From positions 44,946 to 108,945 of the IMG/VR virus record IMGVR_UViG_3300045594_000145: a stretch of DNA of 64,000 bases. One strand, given 5' to 3'. Below, piece after piece: positions 24,389 to 35,618 of the stretch; position 1 is the first letter of the stretch, and each line of letters begins with the position of its first letter. The translations under genes were made by a program, and so were the position numbers. The notes beneath the pieces were generated by a model. That model made no database searches, was not told where the DNA came from, and saw only the letters and a program-made list of their open reading frames with translations. Source of the stretch: a virus (Duplodnaviria > Caudoviricetes).

Positions 24389-25771
24389 ATGCCAAATAAT
24401 TATCCAACTAAAAACAACGCCCGTGTCCAATGTGTCAAGTGCGGTAAAACTAAGAGTTTAAATTATTTTTATGCCTCAGCCGCTCCTACTGAGAAAGCGC
24501 CTGCAGGGGTTGTTCCTATTTGTAAGGAGTGCGTCCTTCAGACTTATAATCCAGATGATCCTAACACTTTTATCCCTCTGTTGAGGGAAGCTGATATCGC
24601 TTGGGTTCCAGGTATCTATCGTGATTGTTACCAGAAGGTAATTGATGCTAAGAAGTCACCAATTGGTATTCTTGGCCGCTATATGTCTAGGATGAAGCTC
24701 GGTCAATATTCTAACTTCCGCTATTCTCAATCAGTGGAGGCGCAGGTCTATTACTTCTCCGAGGAAACCCCAGATGATCCTACCCACTATGGCGCCGCTA
24801 ATCTCCCTCTTGGGGAGTCTTACTTAGGCGCTGTTGAGAATGTGGCCGCGCGCCTTAGATTCCCTACTGGTTTCTCTGAGGGGGCTAGTGGTGGATTTGT
24901 CCCATCCTCTGTTGCAACCGCGGCGCCCGCTGGGCTTCAAGTATCTCCCGCAAATGGAGATTTTGAACATGCGGCCGGCGGGGCAGATGATTCTTCTGCC
25001 GTTGTGCAATTGACGCAGGAGGAAGACCAGTATTTGCAACTTAAATGGGGTACTTTGTACAATAGGTCTCAACTTCTTCGTTTGGAGAAGGAGTACCTTC
25101 AGATGCTTCAGGACTATGATATTCACACTACTAACCAGAAGGACTACTTACGCAAAATTTGTATTGCTTCCCTTCGTTATGATGAGGCTCTTGCTACCAA
25201 TGCTTCTGATGAAGCTAAGCGTTGGGGAGGTCTTTATTCTTCTTTGACTAAGGAAAGTGGATTACAGCCGGCGCAGGGGAATGAGACTCAGGCAGACTAC
25301 ATGGACTCTGTTGGTGTCCTTGTTAAGATGGCTGAGAATAATGATGACTTTATTCCACGTTGGGATACTACTGAGAGTCGTGATAAGCTTGATATGATTC
25401 TTAATGATTATAAGCTATTTGTTAAGCGTCTTGTGTCTCAGAATGATGACATTGCAGATCGTATTAATATTGCTACTCAAGACCTGAAGGCGCAGGATGA
25501 AGTAATTAAGAACAAAGAAGTCGATTCAGAGACAACCCCTAATTTAGAAGCAGATGATTCTAACACTTCCCGCACGGTGCCTGCGGCACCGGAAGAGGTT
25601 GATCCTACTGCTGATATATTTGGTGCTTATGCTGGACTAGATGGGAATGATGATTGTGATTTAACATCCGTAGATCCCGAGGATGATGATTTCCCAGAGA
25701 AAAAGGAGAGTGAATTAAATGCAACAGAACGAATGCATGCAATCCTTAAGGGAAAAATTAAATCTAACTGA
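24389..25771 (+). CDS. putative terminase small subunit (N-terminal Zn-finger)
   Basis: CxxC...FY...CKEC, LKWG..Y motif; directly upstream of the large terminase. Confidence 0.7.
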   Translation: MPNNYPTKNNARVQCVKCGKTKSLNYFYASAAPTEKAPAGVVPICKECVLQTYNPDDPNTFIPLLREADIAWVPGIYRDCYQKVIDAKKSPIGILGRYMSRMKLGQYSNFRYSQSVEAQVYYFSEETPDDPTHYGAANLPLGESYLGAVENVAARLRFPTGFSEGASGGFVPSSVATAAPAGLQVSPANGDFEHAAGGADDSSAVVQLTQEEDQYLQLKWGTLYNRSQLLRLEKEYLQMLQDYDIHTTNQKDYLRKICIASLRYDEALATNASDEAKRWGGLYSSLTKESGLQPAQGNETQADYMDSVGVLVKMAENNDDFIPRWDTTESRDKLDMILNDYKLFVKRLVSQNDDIADRINIATQDLKAQDEVIKNKEVDSETTPNLEADDSNTSRTVPAAPEEVDPTADIFGAYAGLDGNDDCDLTSVDPEDDDFPEKKESELNATERMHAILKGKIKSN

Positions 25772-27647
25772 TCACAAAGACTATAGCCCAAACGCGGCGC
25801 TACTTGAAACTCCCGTTTCTTTAATTCAGAAATTGCTTGGAGACGAAGTAGTTCAAGATACTAAGAAAATTGGTATGTCAAAAGAAAGAATCACAGCAGC
25901 TCTGCCGAACTTAAGAACTTTATTTTCTTTCTATAGGGCATATCCAGATTTACTACTTGATATAATGCGCGACCCAGAGTCTAACTTTGAACTTAGACCT
26001 TATCAGCGTATCTTCTTACGTGTGATACTGCGGCACCGATATGTATATGGAACTTTCCCTCGTGGATATTCTAAATCTTTTATTGCTATTCTTGCCAACT
26101 ATTTGAAATGCATTTTGTATCCAAATAGTAAGGTGTTCTTAGTATCACCTGGCAAACAGCAATCTATGTCTATTATTCAAGAAAAGGTAAAAGAAATCTG
26201 GGACATATGGCCTGGACTTCGTAATGAGATAATTGAGGGTAGAGATGCTGGCGCATCCAAGATGCAAGCTAACATGTTTTCCTTACAGTTTAAGAACGGT
26301 TCATTCTTCGATGTTATTGCTTGTTCTGAAAGATCAAGAGGTCTCCGTAGAACTTCTGGTATTATTGAAGAAAGCGCTAAGGTCGATGGAACTATTCTTT
26401 CTAGTGTTATTATTCCTACCATGAACATTTCAAGACGCTCTGCCAATGGTAGAGAAGACCCTAATGATATGATGAATAAATCACAATGCTATATTACTTC
26501 TGCGGGCGAAACTCAAACCTTTGCATATGAGAAGTTAGCTAATATTTTAATCTGGTCAGTGTTGCGCCCAGATGAAAGTTTCTGTTTTGGTGGCACTTGG
26601 AGACCTCCAGTTGTATTTGGTCTGTTAAATAAGAATTTCGTCTCAGACTTGCGAGACGATGGAACATACTCTGAGGCTACATTTGCCCGTGAATATGAAT
26701 CTCAGTGGACTGGTAGTTCTACAGAGTCTTTCTTCAGTGAAGAAGAATTTGATAGGTGTCGCACGGTTCAACAGTCAATGACAGAAGCTCCTGAAAAGAT
26801 GCCAAAGGGTGCGCGCATTATCCTTGGATACGACGTTGGTAGAAATAATGACTTAAGCACCTGCATAGTTATCTACATGGAATCTCAGGCTAATGGAACT
26901 TATATTAAGAAAGTAGTCAATATTTACGCTTGGGAAGGTTTACATTTTGCAGACCAGGCTTCAATTATTAAAAAACTTGTTATGAGATATAATGCCTACA
27001 AGTTAGTAATTGATGCTAACGGCCCAGGTTTAGGACTAGTAGATTTCTTAACTATTAAAACAAAGGATCTAAAGACCGGCGTTGAATTACCTGCGCTTGG
27101 TATTGATAGAGAATCTGATACAACTGATATGTATAGGAATTTCTATAGAGTAGAAGAACATCTATATGATGAAAAAATTTGGCTGATTAGAGCTTCTGAT
27201 AAATTAAATAGCCAGATGCACAATCTTGTCAGTACACAAATTGCTAGTGGCAAAGTTCGTTTCTTAATTGATGATACTACTGCAAGAGAAGCTATGTCAA
27301 GAACTCGCGCGTGGGCCACATACACAGAAGAACAAAAGGTTGCGGTTATGCAGCCATTCGTCATGACCAGAATCCTAAGAGAAGAAATGATGAATTTACG
27401 CCGCAAGACTGAAGATACAACAAACATCACACTGAAGAAAATTTCTAGTTCAATTAAAAAGGATAAATTTTCTGCTTTTGAATATGCGCTTTGGTATTGC
27501 AGAAAGTTAGAAACTGAACGCCATAAGAGAATAAATGCTGAAGATCTTGATTTAATTTCTACTGGCTCAAGACCTGGCGCGACTAGAAGAGATTTCAGTG
27601 GTGAAAGAAAGAGTTTTACTAGAACACACTCTTTTGGAAGGAGATAA
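25719..27647 (+). CDS. terL: terminase large subunit
   Basis: Q motif LRPYQ, Walker A PRGYSKSF, RGLRR/IIEES Walker B, FAREY, nuclease GYDVGR..D, IDANG, KDKFSA. Confidence 0.92.
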   Translation: MQQNECMQSLREKLNLTDHKDYSPNAALLETPVSLIQKLLGDEVVQDTKKIGMSKERITAALPNLRTLFSFYRAYPDLLLDIMRDPESNFELRPYQRIFLRVILRHRYVYGTFPRGYSKSFIAILANYLKCILYPNSKVFLVSPGKQQSMSIIQEKVKEIWDIWPGLRNEIIEGRDAGASKMQANMFSLQFKNGSFFDVIACSERSRGLRRTSGIIEESAKVDGTILSSVIIPTMNISRRSANGREDPNDMMNKSQCYITSAGETQTFAYEKLANILIWSVLRPDESFCFGGTWRPPVVFGLLNKNFVSDLRDDGTYSEATFAREYESQWTGSSTESFFSEEEFDRCRTVQQSMTEAPEKMPKGARIILGYDVGRNNDLSTCIVIYMESQANGTYIKKVVNIYAWEGLHFADQASIIKKLVMRYNAYKLVIDANGPGLGLVDFLTIKTKDLKTGVELPALGIDRESDTTDMYRNFYRVEEHLYDEKIWLIRASDKLNSQMHNLVSTQIASGKVRFLIDDTTAREAMSRTRAWATYTEEQKVAVMQPFVMTRILREEMMNLRRKTEDTTNITLKKISSSIKKDKFSAFEYALWYCRKLETERHKRINAEDLDLISTGSRPGATRRDFSGERKSFTRTHSFGRR

Positions 27648-28007
27648 ATGTCAGGGTCATCCGGAGAATTAAAAATTGAATCTATATTAACTGCGGCCAA
27701 TCTTCCTTTTGAAAGGGAATACGAGTTCCCAGATTTAGTTGCAAGTAGCGGTCGCCCACTCCGCATGGACTTTGTTGTCTTTGAGGATGATGGTACGATT
27801 GCTTTTGCAATTGAATATGATGGAGAGCAGCATTACAATGCGGTAAAGCATTTTGGTGGTCAACGTGGTTTAAACCATCAACACTATAATGATTTAAAAA
27901 AGAATCAATATTGCCTGGACCATAGTATTCCATTGGTAAGAATACCCTATTGGGATTATGATAAAATTAACCTAGAGTATATCTTAAATCGAGCAAATTT
28001 TTTCTAA
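27648..28007 (+). CDS. PD-(D/E)xK / Vsr-DUF559-like endonuclease
   Basis: FEREY.F..L.....LRMDF...IEYDGEQHY...D..KN.YC....IPLVRIPY. Confidence 0.8.
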   Translation: MSGSSGELKIESILTAANLPFEREYEFPDLVASSGRPLRMDFVVFEDDGTIAFAIEYDGEQHYNAVKHFGGQRGLNHQHYNDLKKNQYCLDHSIPLVRIPYWDYDKINLEYILNRANFF

Positions 28008-28025
28008 TAATTTTTAGAAAATCTC

Positions 28026-28054
28026 TTGACTTTTGGAAAAAAATAGGATATAAT
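28026..28054 (+). promoter_or_regulatory. sigmaA promoter of the head operon
   Basis: TTGACT-17-TATAAT. Confidence 0.75.
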
Positions 28055-28067
28055 TTATATGTAAGAG

Positions 28068-29612
28068 ATGGAGGACTTAAAACGCATGCTAAAAAATTAT
28101 AGCAGCTCTGGTTTCCAATCATCTAACTTAAGTCTTACCTACTCTTCCGGTAAAAAAGTTAGAGAATTAGTTAAAGATTACAATACTTCAAATTCTTCCT
28201 ATCGGAAGAAATATGAAAGAGAAGAAATACTAAGAGCTTTTAATGGAGTAAAAAGTTCTCAAATAATTGAGACGTCAAAATATTACTATAAGACAAGCCC
28301 TTTATATACACAATATATTAATTACTATAGTACAATTTATCCATATCGTTGGGCAGTTTTCCCACGTTTAGAATCACCAAAGATAAAGAAAAGTTCTTAT
28401 AGTAGATGGTATGATACTCTCCGCTATGTGGAGATGATTAATCCAGAATTATTGTTTATAGAAATTGCGCGCAAGACTCTAATTGAAGGATCTTGCTATA
28501 TCGCAGTTAAGGATGATAGTTCTTCTTTCGGAATACAGTTCTTACCACTGAGCTACTGCCGTTCTAATAAAACATATAAAGGACGTCCAGTTGTAGATTT
28601 TAACGTGACGTATTTTAACTCATTAAAACCTACTGATAAAATAGAAGCATTAAAAACATTTCCAGCTACTGTAGTTTCTGCCTATAAAGATTGGCAGAAG
28701 ATAAAAGATAAAACTTCTGAAGACGAATGGCAGTCTTTGGATGTTGATTATAGTTATAAATTTACTCTCCGCCCAGATGATTTACCACTTATCTATGGCG
28801 TGGTGCTAGATTTATTAGATGTACAAGATGCAAAAGATATTACAATGTTCAAGATTGAGCAAGAAGTATCTAAAATCTTAGTACAGAAATTTGGAGTTGA
28901 TAATCAAGGTCAGCCAGTTATTGCCTTGCCAGAATTAAAACAATTCCAAAGAGATACAAGTACCGCATTAGCTTCAATTCCTGGACTTGACGTTATGACT
29001 ACTTATGCTGACGTCAGTGTTGAGAATTTACAGAAAGCTACTTCGTCTTCATCTACAGAAACTCCAATTTCTCAAATTGGTCAAGATGCATATGAGGCCG
29101 CAGGCGTATCCTCGAAGTTAATTAACTCAGATAATGCGGGTACATTAGGAAAATCTATTCAATTGAATGAAGCAACAATGACTTATTTATTGCTCCAGTT
29201 CAGACAGTTCTTACAAGTCAGAATAGATGTTCATACAGCTAATAATAAAGAATCATATATTCTTGAAATGCCTGAAGTTTCACGCTTCAACTGGAAAGAA
29301 AGATATGATTCTTATATAAAGGATAACTTACTTAATTCTAAAATGCTTGCCCAAGTTATATCAGGTCGCAGACAATCTGACATAATGGCAGCATATTTCT
29401 TTGAAGAGGCTTGCTTTGGTGGAAGTGAGGAAGATGGACAATCTTCTGCTTCCAGTTCGAGTTCTTCCGACAGCTCTTCTGATGGTAGTAACGATAACTC
29501 CGGTTCAGATACTTCTGCAACGAGTGGAAGTGACACTGGAGAAGTCGGCCGGCCAGAATTGCCAGATGATCAGAAATCGGAAAAAACTCTTCAAAATAGA
29601 GAAAGTTTGTAG
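28068..29612 (+). CDS. portal protein
   Basis: Position after terminase, ~500 aa, LPxxYCR, Ser-rich linker, C-terminal GRP..D..KSEKT tail. Confidence 0.8.
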   Translation: MEDLKRMLKNYSSSGFQSSNLSLTYSSGKKVRELVKDYNTSNSSYRKKYEREEILRAFNGVKSSQIIETSKYYYKTSPLYTQYINYYSTIYPYRWAVFPRLESPKIKKSSYSRWYDTLRYVEMINPELLFIEIARKTLIEGSCYIAVKDDSSSFGIQFLPLSYCRSNKTYKGRPVVDFNVTYFNSLKPTDKIEALKTFPATVVSAYKDWQKIKDKTSEDEWQSLDVDYSYKFTLRPDDLPLIYGVVLDLLDVQDAKDITMFKIEQEVSKILVQKFGVDNQGQPVIALPELKQFQRDTSTALASIPGLDVMTTYADVSVENLQKATSSSSTETPISQIGQDAYEAAGVSSKLINSDNAGTLGKSIQLNEATMTYLLLQFRQFLQVRIDVHTANNKESYILEMPEVSRFNWKERYDSYIKDNLLNSKMLAQVISGRRQSDIMAAYFFEEACFGGSEEDGQSSASSSSSSDSSSDGSNDNSGSDTSATSGSDTGEVGRPELPDDQKSEKTLQNRESL

Positions 29613-29623
29613 GAGGAAGATGG

Positions 29624-31078
29624 ATGGATAAAAAAATACCTTCCCATGTCTTCTCAATAGCTAAATTCTCGAATGGAGAAAAAATTTCTGATATCATCAC
29701 AAAGTATAAGGTGAGAATCTTATATCTTGGTGGAAATCGAAACGGAAGTTACTTCAAGAAAGATACTGTTGATCAGATGTGCGAAAAGATGGGCGGCGTT
29801 CCGATCATTGGATATTACTCCAAAGATCATGGAGATTTTACGTCTCACTTTGGAGAGTATATTCAGAAAGTCATCAATCCGGAGACCGGCGCAACCTGTG
29901 AAGATTATCTCGACACAGTTCCGTACGGTTTTATTCCTACTGATCCAGAAGTTGGTTGGGAAAAAGTTACAGATGATGATGGAGTTGAAAGAGAATATCT
30001 AACAACTACAGTTTATCTCTGGGACGGCCGTTATCCAGAACTTAATGTTCTGCATGAGGGTAGACCAAACAACCTATCAATGGAACTCGATCCAGAGACC
30101 GTTGAGGGTGATTGGATTTCAGTTATGAATGAAGGCATTGAATCTGAGTATTTCTGTTTCTCACACGCAGATTTCTTGGGTTTATGCATTCTAGGAAAGG
30201 ATGTCGAGCCATGCTTTGAAGGCGCAGACTTTGAGCCACTCTTTGCATTAGAGCAAGGGAACAAGTTAAAGGATGTGTTAAAAAACATGAGTGTTGAACT
30301 GAAAAATGCTCTTTCTTATTCTGCAACTGAAAATGACGAACATGAAGAAAATGAACCTGCGACCGCAGTAGAAGATACTGCTGAGCAGGAAGTTGAACCA
30401 GTGGTTAACAATGAATTGGGCGATGATGCCGAAGATTCAAACGTTGCGGCTGATGCAACTTACATTGAATTCACTCCTGAGGATGTGTCTGAATCTAAAG
30501 AAGCGTTTGTCTTTGCACAAGAAGCAGATGAAGAAGAAAAAGAACCAACAGATGAAGAGTTGAGAGCAATTGAAAATTCTGAGTCTGAGGGGAATCTAGA
30601 TGAAAATCTCGATGACCTAGACAAATTTGAGGAACCTGAAGCTGAGCATATCTCTATTGATGATTTACTCGCTGAAAATCAGAACTTAAAGAGTTCTTTA
30701 CAGGATCTTCAAGATAAATTCAATTTAATGAAGGAAGATTTTGATAAAGCTAATAGTGAATTAACATTAATTCATGCTCGCCCAGATAAATATTCTTATC
30801 TTGATGGTGAAAAGAATAATATTGATTCAGCATCTTATGAAAAATTCTACAATGATGTAGATAAATATTCATTAGATAGTCTAAAAACCGCAGTTAAACT
30901 TTGCGGTTATGAATACTTAAAGACTTTGGTAAATCGTAATTTTAGTTTGTTAGAGCAAGAACCTAAAAAGGAAGACAGCTCTAAGGCTATAATTCACAAT
31001 TTTGATACTCATGAAGATGCAGTAGATTCTGCGCCAGAATGGGTAAAAGAAGTCATAAAAGCCCAAAACAAAAACTAA
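29624..31078 (+). CDS. prohead protease / scaffold protein
   Basis: NRNGS, PIIG, H, LW..RY, SMEL, GLCILG..VEPCFEGA; acidic coiled-coil C-terminus. Confidence 0.8.
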   Translation: MDKKIPSHVFSIAKFSNGEKISDIITKYKVRILYLGGNRNGSYFKKDTVDQMCEKMGGVPIIGYYSKDHGDFTSHFGEYIQKVINPETGATCEDYLDTVPYGFIPTDPEVGWEKVTDDDGVEREYLTTTVYLWDGRYPELNVLHEGRPNNLSMELDPETVEGDWISVMNEGIESEYFCFSHADFLGLCILGKDVEPCFEGADFEPLFALEQGNKLKDVLKNMSVELKNALSYSATENDEHEENEPATAVEDTAEQEVEPVVNNELGDDAEDSNVAADATYIEFTPEDVSESKEAFVFAQEADEEEKEPTDEELRAIENSESEGNLDENLDDLDKFEEPEAEHISIDDLLAENQNLKSSLQDLQDKFNLMKEDFDKANSELTLIHARPDKYSYLDGEKNNIDSASYEKFYNDVDKYSLDSLKTAVKLCGYEYLKTLVNRNFSLLEQEPKKEDSSKAIIHNFDTHEDAVDSAPEWVKEVIKAQNKN

Positions 31079-31091
31079 GGAGGTTTAGTAA

Positions 31092-31640
31092 ATGGCTAAT
31101 ACAGCATTAACAAAAGTTGGCTATGCTCAGGTTGAACCGAACAGATTAACTGCTCAGAAGACTAGAGAAGTATATGCCCAACTTCCAGCAGACTCTGCAA
31201 TCACTAAGATTGAGAACGGTATGTTCTTAGTCTATGATCAGGCAGCTGGAAAAGTTACACTTCCTGCAAAGGAAGGTGCTCGTGCTCAGCTCGTTATGAA
31301 CGAAATCATCTTAACTGATGAACGTTACCAGGCTGACAGCGATTATGTTATGACTGCACATCCAGCTACTGATTATCAGGCAGCTATGGATGCTTATCCA
31401 CGTGTATATGCTATGCATGTTGGTGATTCTTTCACAACAAATGCAGTAAATTTAGCAGTTAAGGATACTCTGCCAATCGCTGGCGATAAGTTTATCGTTG
31501 GTCTGGATGGATATCTTGAACCAATTGCAGCCGTCGCAGACGCTGAAATGATTTTCGAGGTTGCAGCAGCAGTTAATGGAAAGACAAATATTCTTCCAGA
31601 CGGTCAGACCGCAGTGAAGTTTGTTTGCATTAAGGCATAA
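31092..31640 (+). CDS. capsid decoration / minor head protein
   Basis: GYAQVEPN..AQ, IENGMF, GDSFTTN; lies between protease and major capsid. Confidence 0.7.
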   Translation: MANTALTKVGYAQVEPNRLTAQKTREVYAQLPADSAITKIENGMFLVYDQAAGKVTLPAKEGARAQLVMNEIILTDERYQADSDYVMTAHPATDYQAAMDAYPRVYAMHVGDSFTTNAVNLAVKDTLPIAGDKFIVGLDGYLEPIAAVADAEMIFEVAAAVNGKTNILPDGQTAVKFVCIKA

Positions 31641-31657
31641 GGGGAGGATAGATAGAT

Positions 31658-32692
31658 ATGGAAATGAATGAAATTAAGAATATCGTTAAAGCTCTCTCTG
31701 AGTGCAAAAAGAACGGTAAAACTTCTTATACCTTTGCTCTCGCAGAGGATAAAACAGAAGAATTGTCAGTTGGCGCAATGAACGAAACACTCCGTAAGGA
31801 ATTATTCGAACTTTGCGGAACAAGAACAGGCTATGAACGTCATAAGCTTGACCTCTTTGATTTAATTCAGGAAAGCATTGATGCTAAGGTTCCAGCAGAA
31901 TTAGCTCATTTCTTCGATGGATTTACAACTGTCCAACAGTTCGGTCCGAAGGATGAACCAGAGTTTACACTCCGTAAGGATAAGAAGAACTTACGCGCAA
32001 GAAAGTTTGCAGTATTAGGTGCTTCTGCTGGTTCTTATGAAGTTTTCAGACTTGCTAAGGAAAACAAGATCAGAATCAACGTTACAGCTGTCACCGATGC
32101 TTGCCAGATCTCTTTTGAAGATTTCTTAAGTGGTCGTGTTGATTGGAATGAAATGCTTGATGCTATCCAGATGGGTATGGAAGACAGAGTCTATGATGAA
32201 GTCTTAAAGTGCTTAGCTGTAGTTGAAGCAAAACTTCCACAGGCAAACAAAGCTAGTTCTACTGACTTTGATCCAGTTGCTCTTGAGAAGGTAATGGGAA
32301 CAATCGCTGTTTACGGCGCACCTACAATCTTCTGCACAGAGACATTCGCTCGTCAGATTACTGAAGGTTATTCTTGGGCCTCTGATGCTGAGAAGCTTGC
32401 TCGTAGAAATGTCGGTTATTTAGCTAACTACAAGGGAGCTAAAATCGTTATTCTCCCACAGAGCTTCACAGATGAAACAAATACAACAAAGGTTACTGAT
32501 GACTCTAAGGCTTATGTGATGCCAGCAGGCGTAGGATCAATTTTCTACATTGCTCTGCAGGGTGACACACAGGTTCGTGATATTGACAGTAACGAAGACT
32601 GGAGTATTGAACTTCAGACTTATAAGAGATTCGGTGTTGCCGCACTGGTTTACAACGATCTTGGTACTGTTGAAATTACTTCTTTAAAATAA
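31658..32692 (+). CDS. major capsid protein
   Basis: Synteny, 344 aa, extreme high-expression codon bias, hairpin downstream (32711-32733). Confidence 0.85.
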   Translation: MEMNEIKNIVKALSECKKNGKTSYTFALAEDKTEELSVGAMNETLRKELFELCGTRTGYERHKLDLFDLIQESIDAKVPAELAHFFDGFTTVQQFGPKDEPEFTLRKDKKNLRARKFAVLGASAGSYEVFRLAKENKIRINVTAVTDACQISFEDFLSGRVDWNEMLDAIQMGMEDRVYDEVLKCLAVVEAKLPQANKASSTDFDPVALEKVMGTIAVYGAPTIFCTETFARQITEGYSWASDAEKLARRNVGYLANYKGAKIVILPQSFTDETNTTKVTDDSKAYVMPAGVGSIFYIALQGDTQVRDIDSNEDWSIELQTYKRFGVAALVYNDLGTVEITSLK

Positions 32693-32760
32693 TCTAATAA
32701 AAGATAGCGCGAGGGGAGATATCCTCTCCCCTCAACTATTTATATCTTGAAAGGAAAAAT

Positions 32761-33315
32761 ATGGAAAACAAGAAATACAATGTAACAAGTAAATTTAATG
32801 GTTATGTTTCCGTTTCCTTACTTAACTCTGGCATTAAGTATGTTTGGAATAACATTAACAGTTCCCTTGATTTGACAAAGGAAGAAATTAAACAGATTCT
32901 TAACACTCCTGGTGGAAGAGACATTCTTGAGAATAAGGTTATTATTAGTGATGCCGATATTCTTAAGGAATTAAATTTAAATGTAGAACCTGAATATTTT
33001 TATACAGAAAAAGATATTGAGGATTTATTAAAAAATGGTTCAATTGATCAACTACAAGATGCTCTGGATTTTGCGCCAGAAGGAACGGTAGATTTGATTG
33101 TTGAAACAGCAACTAAAATGAAACTTGAGGATAGAAATAAACTCAAAATAATTAAAGAATCAACTGGATTTGATGTCGAATCAATGATCGACACGTCAGC
33201 TGATAACCAAAATGAGCAAGAGACCACTGAGCGTACCCGTAGAGCAGCTCCTTATAAACCAGAAGTTACCCCTACGTCAGATACGATTTCAGTTAAAAAA
33301 TACAAACGAATTTAA
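32761..33315 (+). CDS. hypothetical virion morphogenesis protein
   Basis: Synteny after capsid; EPEYFY...LQDALDFAPEG. Confidence 0.7.
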   Translation: MENKKYNVTSKFNGYVSVSLLNSGIKYVWNNINSSLDLTKEEIKQILNTPGGRDILENKVIISDADILKELNLNVEPEYFYTEKDIEDLLKNGSIDQLQDALDFAPEGTVDLIVETATKMKLEDRNKLKIIKESTGFDVESMIDTSADNQNEQETTERTRRAAPYKPEVTPTSDTISVKKYKRI

Positions 33316-33335
33316 TAGAGAACGGAGGGTAAACT

Positions 33336-33869
33336 ATGGCAAATGAAACGTCATATAAAGATATTTATGATAACTTTCTATCATTGGTCACAGATGACCT
33401 CTATTCGACCGGTGAAGATGATTCCGCTTGGACTCAAGAGGCTACATATGCAGACCTTGAGATTTTACTTGAAAATGCTAAGGTAAAATTCTTTTTGCCA
33501 AAAGAAGATATATTATCTTATACTACTGTGGGCAATGATAAGTATTTCACAAGTACCCTTTCAGTAGGTACAATTAATATTTTGACTCTTTTAATGATAA
33601 GAGAATGGCTTGCCCGCCAAATGAACACTGTCCGCATTACTGAGACTCAGTATACTGGATCAGATGCTAAGGCTATTAATACTAAGGCACAAGCAGAAGC
33701 AATTAAAGTTGCTCAAGATGCAAATCAATTGGAACTTAAGTCTGCTTATCATCAGTATCAGTATCAATCAATAAATCAAGATACTAAAATAGCTGAGGTT
33801 AGTGAACTAAATTTAACTTCTGGAACCAAATATGCTGCGAGTACCAGAGGTAAATATCGTGGCTATTGA
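33336..33869 (+). CDS. putative head-tail adaptor
   Basis: TSYKDIYDNFL..TDD, ILxxLMIxEWL; synteny. Confidence 0.6.
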   Translation: MANETSYKDIYDNFLSLVTDDLYSTGEDDSAWTQEATYADLEILLENAKVKFFLPKEDILSYTTVGNDKYFTSTLSVGTINILTLLMIREWLARQMNTVRITETQYTGSDAKAINTKAQAEAIKVAQDANQLELKSAYHQYQYQSINQDTKIAEVSELNLTSGTKYAASTRGKYRGY

Positions 33870-35052
33870 TAAATTTACACTTTCCATGCTGCGGGCAAAG
33901 CACAACTCTGTATCTAATTTAAAAGATAGAAACTTCAATGCTAGATTGCAGAATGATTACAATACTGAACTTCTAGCTAAGTACAACAATGTCACAAATA
34001 CTTTTAAAGCAATTGTGCAAATGTCTACCTATAATTATAGCATTGAATCTCGTATCCTTGATTATCAAAAAGTGAGCGTTCCATATTCAGCAGAGGTGCA
34101 GATTGGCGATGTGCTATACTGGCCTCGCATGAAGAAGAATTACTTAATTTTTGCAGACAGAGACACAGAAAAAAATTATTTTCTCTGTTATATGTCTCCG
34201 GCTGATTATGAAATTACTTGGTATGATCAGTTCGGTAATAAACAAAAGCAAGTTGCTAGTTTTATTCAAACCGCAAAGGAAACAATTAAAACTAGCGGAA
34301 ACTTATACGATTATCTTGATGCAGGCATGCAACTATTATTAAAGGCAAATGCGGCAACCGATGCTTTATCTTACTATAATAGAATTTATATTAACGATAA
34401 AAACTGGGAAGTTATTGGTAAAAGCACAAACACATTCCCCGGAATGATTGCTTTATATTTAAGAGAAGTACCTTTTAATAAGTGGAAAGACGTTAAAGAT
34501 GGCTTGCCATCTGGTTCTCAGGTTATTACTACTTCTGTAATTACCTCTTATGACGATGTTTCAGAATTGACTATTGGTTCTACTGGAACATTAACTTTAG
34601 GAACTGTAATCAATGGCAACCCTATCTCAGACAGTTATGAAGTTACTACGACTAATTGTACCTTTGATAAATCTACTTATACATTAATGTTTTCTACTTT
34701 AGGAACTTCCACTATTACGATAACAAGTAAGAGAAGTTCATTGTCTAAAGTATTAACAATTAATATAGTGGAAACCGCAGAAAAAACAATCTCTTATTCT
34801 ATTGAGGGCAATGAGAAAGTTAGTGAGTTCTTAAATTATACCTATTCTGCCTATAAGATAATTAATGGAGTCAAAAATAAATTTAATGTAACTTGGTCTG
34901 TTGGTAATTCTAAGTTAGTTAACATTACCGCTACAACTGATAATAGTTGTTCTATTCACATGGGAAATGACACTGGAGTATTTACTTTAAATGCTATTTC
35001 AGATGGGAATGTTATCGCTTCTAAAGAAATAACAATAGAAAGTGCATATTAA
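33859..35052 (+). CDS. putative head closure protein with Ig-like C-terminal domains
   Basis: GTG start after GAGG; Thr/Ser-rich beta repeats, VTWSV. Confidence 0.55.
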   Translation: MAIDKFTLSMLRAKHNSVSNLKDRNFNARLQNDYNTELLAKYNNVTNTFKAIVQMSTYNYSIESRILDYQKVSVPYSAEVQIGDVLYWPRMKKNYLIFADRDTEKNYFLCYMSPADYEITWYDQFGNKQKQVASFIQTAKETIKTSGNLYDYLDAGMQLLLKANAATDALSYYNRIYINDKNWEVIGKSTNTFPGMIALYLREVPFNKWKDVKDGLPSGSQVITTSVITSYDDVSELTIGSTGTLTLGTVINGNPISDSYEVTTTNCTFDKSTYTLMFSTLGTSTITITSKRSSLSKVLTINIVETAEKTISYSIEGNEKVSEFLNYTYSAYKIINGVKNKFNVTWSVGNSKLVNITATTDNSCSIHMGNDTGVFTLNAISDGNVIASKEITIESAY

Positions 35053-35069
35053 GGAAGGGGATGTAGATT

Positions 35070-35618
35070 ATGTATGATGATTCAAAAATAACTGATTTTC
35101 AAGTCCCCGCAGCAGATCTTCAGATAATTTCAGAAAAACTACTAAATAACAATGACTTGTGTAAATTATTATATTTTGCTAATGATACACCTTTCCAAAT
35201 GACTCTTACGGATGAGCAAAAAGCAGAAATATTTAAGGATGAATATATTCAGATTGTTCCGAAAATTTATGCGGCAACCTTTGAAAAAAGCAACATTATT
35301 ATTACTTTTGATAACTTTGTCGCAGGGTTTGACAATCCTTTATATATGAGTTCTAATATCATATTTGATATAATTGTTCCTCTTTCTGCTTGGAAAATAA
35401 AAGATAAACAAAATAGATTTACCACTTTAAGACCATATGAAATTGCGCACTTAGTTCAGAAAGGAATGAACGGGACTAAATTAACTGGAATCGGCAGATG
35501 TAATTTTTTGGGAGCAGGTCAGATTTTACTTCCTGCGAACGAAGAAGTCGCTGGTTTAACTGTAAGATATTCAGTCGAAAATTCAGATAATGATGGATAC
35601 AAACTTACAAATAGATGA
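35070..35618 (+). CDS. putative tail terminator/completion protein
   Basis: LCKLLY...P, FDIIVP..W, RPYEI; synteny. Confidence 0.55.
   Translation: MYDDSKITDFQVPAADLQIISEKLLNNNDLCKLLYFANDTPFQMTLTDEQKAEIFKDEYIQIVPKIYAATFEKSNIIITFDNFVAGFDNPLYMSSNIIFDIIVPLSAWKIKDKQNRFTTLRPYEIAHLVQKGMNGTKLTGIGRCNFLGAGQILLPANEEVAGLTVRYSVENSDNDGYKLTNR

Noticed and set aside
25719-27647. Intein or intron in the terminase
   Set aside because: Normal length; no splice-junction or LAGLIDADG motifs.
27143-27766. 207-aa antisense ORF (and similar shadow ORFs in structural genes)
   Set aside because: Antisense shadows of strongly biased coding genes; no RBS or recognisable motifs.
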